Source of the DNA: Stegostoma tigrinum
Lineage: Eukaryota
Length of the DNA stretch: 64,000 bases
Assembly: GCF_030684315.1 (NCBI RefSeq)
Contig: NC_081372.1
Span: 51,308,987 to 51,372,986, forward strand
Direction of reading: 5' to 3'
This document shows positions 53,081 through 64,000 of the stretch, piece by piece. Each line of letters begins with the position of its first letter. Positions within the stretch are counted from its first letter, which is position 1. The translations under genes and the position numbers were made by a program. Under the pieces are notes generated by a model that searched no databases, had not been told where the DNA came from, and worked only from the letters and a program-made list of their open reading frames with translations.

Positions 53081-56000
53081 TTAATACTTTCCTGCTGTGT
53101 GAAGCTGAGGATTTTTAGCCTCAACCTGGTAAATCCTCAAAGAACTGTCTCCAGGCGACTCTTATATCTTTTCGTATAAGATCATGAAAGGTGCACCATG
53201 TCACATGCAATGTAAATGAAACCAATTTCAACACATGTTTGCCAGTTGCGAGTCCCGCTAGAAATGTTCTAGGAACAAATGTTTCCACACTTCTACCTCA
53301 CTTTGGATTTGACGAAGTTATATTGAGCTGAAAACACAGACTCTTTTTCACTTCTCTGGATAGATGGTGTTAAAGCGAGTGACATTAATGATTCTCATTA
53401 TTATTTCATCTTTTCAGCTTCTGAAGTATTTTGTATAATTGATATACTTATTTGCTACAATGGTTTATTTACATGAACCAAAAGGCAAAATCACCTTTGT
53501 GTCAACATATCAGGTGGCTGCTACTTCATTAGAGAGAGATGATTGGTGGTGACTTCGACCAGAGGGTCACTGTGACTGAGTTGAGTGTTGAGGGGAGTCA
53601 TTCACGGTAACCTGAGGTGGTGTAGGAATTAAACCCACACTATTGTTTATGCTCTCCCTTGCAAAGTAGCTAAACAGGCAACTTAGCTAGTCGGCCCCGT
53701 ACCCTACATTTCCTTGAAGCAGGGATGTTTTTCTGATTGCTTTGCTGATCTTTTAGGAACTTGTCACTTTTTCAATACATACAATGGAGAATCAACAAAC
53801 TCAAAATAGAATTGCTGCGCTATCATGTTTATATCAGTCATGTAGAATCTCAAACTCACCCATCAAGTACACGAAAGAATTCTGCGATGTCTTTGTCAGA
53901 CTTTCCTTTCACTTCTTCTCTCATCTGCCTCGCCAACGTCACCAAGAACTCTTCAAAATCAATGGTGCCGCGACCGAAGACCACACTCTATTGTGAGCTC
54001 TGTCCATTGTTAAACATGAATATTTGTGAACCAAACAATTTTTGAAGAGAAACTGCAAATGTTTTAGCTGCATGTTACCCTTTTTGAGACCAATTGCAAT
54101 CTGAGATTTGACTATCTTTGGGACACCCAAGATATCAGTCAAATGTGAAATGCAGAAAACTGTTGCGTACTAAATCGTGAAGATATGAAATAATTTACAA
54201 TTAGATTTAGAATTTTTTTATCATGTGTACTCAAGTACAGTATTACAAGAGTACAGTGAAAATGTACAACATTGCCATGCGTGTCCCATCTCTGGATCAA
54301 AGGTAGTTGCGCCCAAAAAATGTAGGTACAAATTAGTAACTGAAAAAGAGTTAAAAAGTTAAGCATTACCTTCAGATAGCAAGTAGAAAAATAAAGAATA
54401 AAGGTCATAGTTAACATTACAGATCTTCTTAATTTAGTCTAGAAAGTAGAACAGCTTTTTAACCTCCAGTATTTTTCTTATCTGCTCCAGAAGGAATCGT
54501 CGAAGAAATAACTTCACAGAGTAAAATTAGACACAACACAATTTGGATTCTGCTGTACATTGGAACGATCAAACGCACAAACTGGAAGACCATTTTGCCG
54601 AACACTTCAACGCAACTGGTAAGAATGTCCCTGTGCTTTCTTTGACGTGTCACTTAAATTGCCCATGATGCTCTCTGGCTGACATTGACTTGGCCTGCTG
54701 CACTGTTCCAAGGAAGGTCAAGGTAACAAACTGTGCCTTGTCTTTCAATAAGGCATTTTATAGCTGCATGGGTTCCAACTGTTCATTCCATTTCACAGAG
54801 TGCTCCATTTTGTTTCCAAATCTTTCGTTTTGAATGCTTGTTCAGTGAAGGTGCACACCTGCTTCAGGCACATTTTGGTTTATTTGTTTGCTTTCTTGCC
54901 CCAAATCAATTTGCTTTGGCCCCAGAAGACCGACTCTTCTGTCATCAATTTTGCCTGTCTTCCATTGCATCACAGATCTTTCTTTTGCACGAAAGATGGC
55001 CGGGTGGAGAACTAAAATGACAGGCCTCTGAAATCTGCAAGATGAAAGAATGAAGGACCCCATTGAAAGCCCAGCACAGCACTTCCAGGTGGTAATGTTC
55101 ATGGGATAAGCATATTTTTTCGCCAGAACCTTGGTGAATTTCTGTGTTGCATCTTGTAAATGGTGCTGAATGTATTGTTGCACTACTTGATCCTTGATTT
55201 CATTTTTGTGTCTCATACTTGAAATTGTGTGAGGCAATTGCCATCTCATTTTGTCTATAACACTAACTGTTGCACAGTGGATCAGTGTTTGGTACTGCTT
55301 CCTCACAGTGACAGAGAGCTGGGTGCAATTCCACCCTTGGCCAACTGTCTGCGTGGAATTTGCACATTCTCCCTTCGTGTACATGGCTTTACTCTGGCTA
55401 CTGCCTTTACTTCCCGTAGACCAAAGATGAGCCTGTTAGTGAACAAACCATGCTTAATTGCCCATGGTATCTTGGGGAGGGTAGACTAGATGAATAAGCC
55501 ATGGGAGATGCATGGTTACAAGGATAGAGGAGAGTGAGGGATGCTCTTTGGAGGGTTGGTGTGGACTTGATGGACTAAATAGACTGTTTCCACAGTGTAA
55601 GGATTCTATGATAAAACGTAATGGTGCAATGGTTTACTCAGAACAATCATTTCAGTGAACTGTCACCAAGTGCAGCTTGTTGTGCTATAGACTGTGCTGT
55701 GATTCAGTGTGAAGCATTCTTGTGTGTGAATTCAAATTTGTAGTTTCCAATCTGACACTGACAGCAGCTGATTAATGTGCAGTGAATGGCAGTGATAATG
55801 TTGCACTTTAAGATAATTTGTCATTTGGATGACAGCCGTCATCTGTGTATCCTGGGATATGATTTGAAAGGAGAGCTGGAGAGGCCAATATTTATACTTC
55901 ATAATATCACAAAAGTGGCTTATCTACGAATGTAGAATTTGCTGTGTGCAGGTTGTTGACGAAGTATTCTTCATGAAGTGTTGAATACCCTTTGAAAATA

Positions 56001-56495
56001 CTTCACTATTTATATGACTATCGAGATATGCTGTGTTCATTAAAGATGTGCCATGTCAAGAAAATGTTTTTGCTGCCAATATATAGAAACTGCTTTTTCA
56101 CTTTCTCATTTGATTTTGTTGCCTGCTGGAAATAGAGGATAAATATCCAGAGAATCCCTGTCACTCACAAGTGAAACGCAACAACTGGGTGGAAAAAATT
56201 GGCATTAACTTTATTAGGAAATGGTTTTGAATAAATTGTGCAGCGTTCCAGGCTGAGAGGAAAATCACTGAGCGTTTCATACATATGCGATTGCTTCTTC
56301 CTCACAAAGAGAGAATTACAGCAACTATGAAGCTCTTTGCTATATATGTACCTCCAGTCCTGTCAATCAGATTTTGAATTCTTTGCAATCATTGAGTGTA
56401 TTTCAGATGTCTAGGCAGTTGATCGGAGAAGGGTGACGACACACAGGTCATGAAATTGTTGTATCACAGTGGGTTGCTGAGGGATGTTGGCTGTT

Positions 56496-59266
56496 TTACT
56501 GGTCATTCTTCAACAACTTTGACCATTCTGTAAAGGGTGGAAGACATTTGATTGAAAGCAGACATAGTTTAAATACTCAGTAATAAACCCACACAATATC
56601 GCTAATTTTTAAACATTTGCACATACCATCCAAGTCAAGTTTGCCATCAGTGTTCTTGTCCCACTCCCTGATGAGTTCATGAGCTTCCTCCTCTGTAACA
56701 TGCTCCCCAGCAGCCATGATGGCAATATGCAGCTCAGAACAATCGATGAAGCCGTCAGCATGGCTAGAGTCATCAAGAAAAGTATGAAAGTCCCCAATCC
56801 AGCAATGTTATCTACCTTACCAAAATAGAAGTTGAGAAAAGATCATATCCATCTAATTTCACTTTCTTTCTGTCTGGAAGTTTACATTATTTAATCTCAT
56901 CAGGTAATCCAATTTAAAAACTGGCTTATAACAAATCTAGATGTCATGCACGAACACATGTGGAAATAGCTTCATAAACCTCACACTTGAACTCACCTTT
57001 TTCATCCAAAAATGATACAGTTCGCACACAATGTCTCAAATTTCTCAAGACCTGAATTCAATAGTGTGCCCTCTGCTCTGAAAGCAATTACAAATAATTT
57101 GACATTATCACCTTGAATTAAGTTCAATTGGTAATGGCTTCCCTTTCATTCCAATGATAATATTGAATCACACTTTGTGCTCTTCCACAATTTTGTTCGT
57201 GACAGTTTTGTTTTCTGAAAATCTTCTGTTGATATTCTCTACTTATGTTCTCCATCGCGTTTTACGTGGATAAGTGTGTTGCTGACAACGACTGCATTGT
57301 TGTCCATGCCTAATTGCACTTGAATGGAGTTGCTTGTTCAGTAATTTCAGAGTGCAGTTACAAATCAGACAGTGTTCCACTGGTCTGGATATATATTCAG
57401 GCCAGCAAGGTAAGGATGGCAGATTGTCTTCCTTGAAGGAGACAAGTGAACCACATAGGTTTTCACAACAACCTCTCAGACTTTTCACTATCATCAACGA
57501 CATCAGTTTTATGCTGCAGATGTATTGATTGAGTTTTCTATTTCACTAGCTCACCGGATGAGATTTGAAAGTTTGTTCTTGGAGCATCAGCAGGATCCAC
57601 TGGCTCACTCGTCTGGGACATTTCCATTATGCTACTATCTCCCTGAAGTGAAAACATGCTGTCTATCCACATTTTCAAAACATCTGTGAGTATTGCAACT
57701 ATCTATGGATCACCGTTTCGTCTTCTTTGTTGAAGGAAAAATACTCTCAACTGTTAATACTTTCCTGCTGTGTGAAGCTGAGGATTTTTAGCCTCAACCT
57801 GGTAAATCCTCAAAGAACTGTCTCCAGGCGACTCTTATATCTTTTCGTATAAGATCATGAAAGGTGCACCATGTCACATGCAATGTAAATGAAACAAATT
57901 TCAACACATGTTTGCCAGTTGCGAGTCCCGCTAGAAATGTTCTAGGAACAAATGTTTCCACACTTCTACCTCACTTTGGATATGACGAAGTTATATTGAG
58001 CTGAAAACACAGACTCTTTTTCACTTCTCTAGATAGATGGTGTTAAAGCGAGTGACATTAATGATTCTCATTATTATTTCATCTTTTCAGCTTCTGAAGT
58101 ATTTTGTATAATTGATATACTTATTTGCTACAATGGTTTATTTACATGAACCAAAAGGCAAAATCACCTTTGTGTCAACATATCAGGTGGCTGCTACTTC
58201 ATTAGAGAGAGATGATTGGTGGTGACTTCGACCAGAGGGTCACTGTGACTGAGTTGAGTGTTGAGGGGAGTCATTCATGGTAACCTGAGGTGGTGTAGGA
58301 ATTAAACCCACACTATTGTTTATGCTCTCCCTTGCAAAGTAGCTAAACAGGCAACTTAGCTAGTCGGCCCCGTACCCTACATTTCCTTGAAGCAGGGATG
58401 TTTTTCTGATTGCTTTGCTGATCTTTTCGGAACTTGTCACTTTTTCAATACATACAATGGAGAATCAACAAACTCAAAATAGAATTGCTGCGCTATCATG
58501 TTTATATCAGTCATGTAGAATCTCAAACTCACCTATCAAATACACGAAAGAATTCTGCGATGTCTTTGTCAGACTTTCCTTTCACTTCTTCTCTCATCTG
58601 CCTCGCCAACGTCACCAAGAACTCTTCAAAATCAATGGTGCCGCGACCTAAGACCACACTCAGTTGTAAGCTCTGTCCATTGTTAAACATGAATATTTGT
58701 GAACCAAACAATTTTTGAAGAGAAACTGCAAATGTTTTAGCTGCATGTTACCCTTTTTGAGACCAATTGCAATCTGAGATTTGACTATCTTTGGGACACC
58801 CAAGATATCAGTCAAACGTGAAATGGAGAAAACTGTTGCGTACTAAATCGTGAAGATATGAAATAATTTACAATTAGATTTAGAATTTTTTTATCATGTG
58901 TACTCAAGTACAGTATTACAAGAGTACAGTGAAAATGTACAACATTGCCATGCGTGTCCCATTTCTGGATCAAACGTAGTTGTGCCCAAAAAATGTAGGT
59001 ACAAATTAGTAACTGAAAAAGAGTTAAAAAGTTAAGCATTACCTTCAGATAGCAAGTAGAAAAATAAAGAATAAAGGTCATAGTTAACATTACAGATCTT
59101 CTTAATTTAGTCTAGAAAGTAGAACAGCTTTTTAACCTCCAGTATTTTTCTTATCTGCTCCAGAAGGAATCGTCGAAGAAATAACTTCACAGAGTAAAAT
59201 TAGACACAACACAATTTGGATTCTGCTGTACATTGGAACGATCAAACGCACAAACTGGAAGACCAT
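56496..59266 (-). CDS. Putative secreted troponin-C-derived EF-hand protein, copy 12 (duplicate of copy 7)
   Basis: Exons 59266-59137, 58647-58533, 56763-56627 and 56527-56496, with open frame and GT-AG sites. TATA at 59435-59429. ORF track 58529-58711 shows GRGTIDFEEFLVTLARQMREEVKGKSDKDIAEFFRVFD. Confidence 0.66.
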
Positions 59267-61511
59267 TTTGCCGAACACTTCAACGCAGCTGGTAAGAATG
59301 TCCCTGTGCTTTCTTTGACGTGTCACTTAAATTGCCCATGATGCTCTCTGGCTGACGTTGACTTGGCCTGCTGCACTGTTCCAAGGAAGGCCAAGGTAAC
59401 AAACTGTGCCAAGTCTTTCAATAAGGCATTTTATAGCTGCATGGGTTCCAACTGTTCATTCCACTTCACAGAGTGCTCCATTTTGTTTCCAAATCTTTCC
59501 TTCTGAATGTTTTTTCAGTAAAGGTGCACACCTGCTTCAGGCACATTTTGGTTTATTTGTTTGCTTTCTTGCCCCAAATCAATTTGCTTTGGCCCCAGAA
59601 GACCGACTCTTCTGTCATCAATTTTGCCTGTCTTCCATTGCATCACAGATCTTTCTTTTGCACGAAAGATGGCCGGGTGGAGAACTAAAATGTCAGGCCT
59701 CTGAAATCTGCAAGATGAAAGAATGAAGGACCCCATTGAAAGCCCAGCACAGGAAATGCGTTTGGAATTTTCATGATTCCATCACCCTGTGAGACTTCTT
59801 CACCTCCCCGTGCCAACTTCCAGATTCTGTGAGTGCCTGCCTCGAGATAAGAAATTTCCTCCAAGCAGTCTGGTTTTGACATCTGTCCAGCACGTAGATA
59901 AATATATAGCAAGGTACGATCACCTGGACGTGCCTACGATTCACGTGTGACTGTTTTGGTTGAATATCTTGAGCCACTGCCATCCAATTAGTGCAAGTCA
60001 GCTCACAATGTCTGCATGGCGGGAGTACCGGGTATGTGAAACAAAGTCGTGGTGAATTTGGAGATCTAATTCCAAGTCAGGATGGTGAGTGTCATGGAGG
60101 GGAATGTGCAGGTGGTGGTGTTCCCATGTACTTGCTGCCGTTCTACTTCCAGGTGGTAATGTTCATGGGATAAGCATATTTTTTCGCCAGAACCTTGGTG
60201 AATTTCTGTGTTGCATCTTGTAAATGGTGCTGAATGTATTGTTGCACTACTTGATCCTTGATTTCATTTTTGTGTCTCATACTTGAAATTGTGTGAGGCA
60301 ATTGCCATCTCATTTTGTCTATAACACTAACTGTTGCAGAGTGGATCAGTGGTTGGTACTGCTTCCTCACAGTGACAGAGAGCTGGGTGCAATTCCACCC
60401 TTGGCCAACTGTCTGCGTGGAATTTGCACATTCTCCCTGCGTGTACATGGGTTTGCTCTGGCTACTGCATTTCCTTCCCGTAGACCAAAGATGAGCCTGT
60501 TAGTGAACAAACCATGCTTAATTGCCCATGGTATCTTGGGGATGGTAGACTAGATGAATAAGCCATGGGAGATGCATGGTTACAAGGATAGAGGAGGGTG
60601 AGGGATGCTCTTTGGAGGGTTGGTGTGGACTTGATGGACTAAGTAGACTGTTTCCACAATGTAAGGATTCTATGATAAAATGTAATGGTGCAATGGTTTA
60701 CTCATAACAATCATTTCAGTGAACTGTCACCAAGTGCAGCTTGTTGTGCTATAGACTGTGCTGTGATTCAGTGTGAAGCATTCGTGTGTGTGAATTCAAA
60801 TTTGTAGTTTCCAATCTGACACTGACAGCAGCTGATTAATGTGCAGTGAATGGCAGTGATAATGTTGCACTTTAAGATAATTTGTCATTTGGATGACAGC
60901 CGTCATCTGTGGATCCTGGGATATGATTTGAAAGGCGAGCTGGAGAGGCCAATATTTATTCTTCATAATATCACAAAAGTGGCTTATCTACGAATGTAGA
61001 ATTTGCTGTGTGCAGGTTGTTGACGAAGTATTCTTCATGAAGTGTTGAATACCCTTTGAAAATACTTCACTATTTATATGACTATCGAGATATGCTGTGT
61101 TCATTAGAGATGTGCCATGTCAAGAAAATGTTTTTGCTGCCAATATATAGAAACTGCTTTTTCACTTTCTCATTTGATTTTGTTGCCTGCTGGAAATAGA
61201 GGATAAATATCCAGAGAATCCCTGTCACTCACAAGTGAAACGCAACAACTGGGTGGAAAAAATTGGCATTAACTTTATTAGGAAATGGTTTTGAATAAAT
61301 TGTGCAGCGTTCCAGGCTGAGAGGAAAATCACTGAGCGTTTCATACATATGCGATTGCTTCTTCCTCACAAAGAGAGAATTACAGCAGCTATGAAGCTCT
61401 TTGCTATATATGTACCTCCAGTCCTGTCAATCAGATTTTGAATTCTTTGCAATCATTGAGTGTATTTCAGATGTCTAGGCAGTTGATCGGAGAAGGGTGA
61501 CGACACACAGG

Positions 61512-63711
61512 TCATGAAATTGTTGTATCACAGTGGGTTGCTGAGGGATGTTGGCTGTTTTTTTGGTCATTCTTCAACAACTTCGACCATTCTGTAAAGG
61601 GTGGAAGACATTTGATTGAAAGCAGACATAGTTTAAATACTCAGTAATAAACCCACACAATATCGCTAATTTTTAAACATTTGCACATACCATCCAAGTC
61701 AAGTTTGCCATCAGTGTTCTTGTCCCACTCCCTGATGAGTTCATGAACTTCCTCCTCTGTAACATGCTCCCCAGCAGCCATGATGGCAATATGCAGCTCA
61801 GAACAATCGATGAAGCCGTCAGCATGGCTAGAGTCATCAAGAAAAGTATGAAAGTCCCCAATCCAGCAATGTTATCTACCTTACCAAAATAGAAGTTGAG
61901 AAAAGATCATATCCATCTAATTTCACTTTCTTTCTGTCTGGAAGTTTACATTATTTAATCTCATCAGGTAATCCAATTTAAAAACTGGCTTATAACAAAT
62001 CTAGATGTCATGCACGAACACATGTGGAAATAGCTTCATAAACCTCACATTTGAACTCACCTGTTTCATCCAAAAATGATACAGTTCGCACACAATGTCT
62101 CAAATTTCTCAAGACCTGAATTCAATAGTGTGCCCTCTGCTCTGAAAGCAATTACAAATAATTTGTCATTATCACCTTGAATTATGTTCAATTGGTAATG
62201 GCTTCCCTTTCATTCCAATGATAATATTGAATCACACTTTGTGCTCTTCCACAATTTTGTTCGTGACAGTTTTGTTTTCTGAAAATCTTCTGTTGATATT
62301 CTCTACTTATGTTCCCCATCGCGTTTTACATGGATAAGTGTGTTGCTGACAACGACTGCATTGTTGTCCATGCCTAATTTGACTTGAATGGAGTTGTTTG
62401 TTCAGTAATTTCAGAGTGCAGTTACAAATCAGACAGCGTTCCACTGGTCTGGATATATATTCAGGCCAGCAAGATAAGGATGGCAGATTGTCTTCCTTGA
62501 AGGAGACAAGTGAACCACATAGGTTTTCACAACAACCTCTCAGACTTTTCACTATCATCAACGACATCAGTTTTATGCTGCAGATGTATTGATTGAGTTT
62601 TCTATTTCACTAGCTCACCGGATGAGATTTGAAAGTTTGTTCTTGGAGCATCAGCAGGATCCACTGGCTCACTCGTCTGGGACATTTCTATTATGCTACT
62701 ATCTCCCTGAAGTGAAAACATGCTGTCTGTCCACATTTTCAAAACATCTGTGAGTATTGCAACTATCTATGGATCACCGTTTAGTCTTCTTTGTTGAAGG
62801 AAAAATACTCTCAACTGTTCATACTTTCCTGCTGTGTGAAGCTGAGGATTTTTAGCCTCAACCTGGTAAATCCTCAAAGAAGTGTCTCCAGGCGACTCTT
62901 ATATCTTTTCGTATAAGATCATGAAAGGTGCACCATGTCACATGCAATGTAAATGAAACAAATTTCAATACATTTTTGCCAGTTGCGAGTCCCGCTGGAA
63001 ATGTTCTAGGAACAAATATTTCCACACTTCTACCTCACTTTGGATATGAAGAAGTGATATTGAGGTGAAAACACAGATTCTTTTTTTCTTCTCTAGATAT
63101 TTGGTGTTAAAGCGAGTGACATCAATGATTCTCATTATTATTTCGTATTTTCAGCTTCTGAAGTATTTTGCATAATTGATATACATGTTTGCTACAATGG
63201 TTTATTTACATGAACCAAAAGGCAAAATCACCTTTGTGTCAACAGATCAGGTGGCTGCTATTTCATTCGAGAGAGATGATTGGTGGTGACTTCGACCAGA
63301 GGGTCACTGTGACTGAGGTGAGTGTTGAGGGGAGTCGTACACGGTCACCTGAGGTGGTGTAGGAATTAAACCCACACTATTGTTTATGCTCTCCCTTGCA
63401 AAGTAGCTAAACAGGCAACTTAGCTAATTGGCCCCGTACCCTACATTTCCTTGAAGCAGGGATGTTTTTCTGATTGCTTTGCTGATCTTTTAGAAACTTG
63501 TTTCTTTTTCAATACATACAACGGAGAATCAACAAACTCAAAATAGAATTGCTGCGCGATCATGTTTATACCAGTCATGGAGAAGGTTAAACTCACCCAT
63601 CCAATACACGAAAGAATTCTGCAATGTCTTTGTCAGACTTTCCTTTCACTTCTTCTCTCCTCTGCCTCGCCATCGTCACCAAGAATTCGTCAAAATCAAT
63701 GGTGCCGCTAC
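61512..63711 (-). CDS. Troponin-C-derived gene copy 13 (leader exon lies beyond the window; stop-loss extension)
   Basis: Exon 63711-63597 reads GSGTIDFDEFLVTMARQRREEVKGKSDKDIAEFFRVLDG. Exon 61827-61691 follows. Exon 61591-61512 reads EWSKLLKNDQKNSQHPSATHCDTTIS*. Splice sites are canonical. Confidence 0.6.
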
Positions 63712-64000
63712 CTAAGACCACACTCAGTTGTAAGCTCTGTCCATTGCTAAGCATGAATATTTGTGAACCCAACGATATTTGAAGAGAAACTGCTAATGTT
63801 TAAGCTGCATGTTACTCCTTTTGAGACCAATTGCAATCTGAGATTTGACAATCTTTGGGACACCCAAGATATTAGTCAAACATGTAAAGGAGAAAACTGT
63901 TGTGTACTAAGTCGTGAAGATATGAAATAATTTACAACTAGATTTAGAATCTTTTTTATCATGTGTACTCAAGTACAGTATTACAGGCGTACAGTGAAAA

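Larger units (their letters stand above)
48754..54593 (-). pseudogene. Troponin-C-derived gene copy 11: acceptor mutated, Penelope in intron 2
   Basis: Duplicate of copy 6 with exons 54593-54464, 53974-53860 (acceptor CG), 49021-48885 and 48785-48754. Confidence 0.72.
12400..62000. repeat. ~26.6 kb five-unit higher-order repeat / recent tandem segmental duplication (~12.4-35.4 kb vs ~39.0-62.0 kb)
   Basis: Identical ORFs occur at offset 26587-26588 (13521/40108, 19603/46190, 22914/49501). After an 11-nt insertion in the second Penelope copy the offset becomes 26598 (23977/50575, 31931/58529, 35075/61673). Boundaries are approximate and identity fades at both ends. Confidence 0.93.
1..64000. 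repeat. Tandem array of 13 gene-containing units (~3.3-5.4 kb; 7.7 kb with Penelope), continuing beyond both window edges
   Basis: The marker GAAGTGA(A/G)AACATGCTGTCT recurs at ~2085, 5410, 9613, 14575, 19993, 23308, 31047, 36110, 41162, 46580, 49895, 57645 and 62709. The same spurious ORFs recur with the same spacing in the ORF track. Confidence 0.97.

Noticed and set aside
1-64000. Array of alternative 3' cassettes spliced to one shared upstream TNNC2 5' half
   Set aside because: Less parsimonious, because each full unit has its own TATA, phase-compatible first exon and polyA signal. It cannot be formally excluded without transcript data.

Overview
Eukaryotic DNA, very probably from a shark or other elasmobranch. 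This is inferred from HE1/V-SINE-type tRNA SINEs, a CR1/HER1-type LINE tail and a C-rich Penelope element. The whole window is a head-to-tail array of 13 related ~3.3-5.4 kb units (7.7 kb where Penelope is inserted). They are organised into a near-identical ~26.6 kb five-unit higher-order repeat, preceded by a 17.9 kb four-unit variant. Each full unit appears to be a self-contained spliced gene on the minus strand that the ORF track misses. The layout is: TATAAAA; exon 1 encoding a signal-peptide-like leader (MVFQFV..MY[R/S]RIQIVLCLILLCEVISSTIPSGADKKNTG, phase 1); three exons of 115, 137 and 32 coding nt that match exons 4-6 of vertebrate fast skeletal troponin C (TNNC2) in sequence, size and phase; then AATAAA. 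The predicted product is a ~126-138 aa, apparently secreted, troponin-C C-lobe-derived EF-hand protein. Four complete copies and one window-truncated copy have open frames and GT-AG sites; eight are disabled. One helix is strikingly variable at the amino-acid level. Other content: two copies of a decayed Penelope-like element (RT + GIY-YIG, TSD, minimal hammerhead ribozyme), plus SINE and LINE fragments amplified with the unit. Gene models were assembled by eye; expression and secretion are not shown by the sequence.
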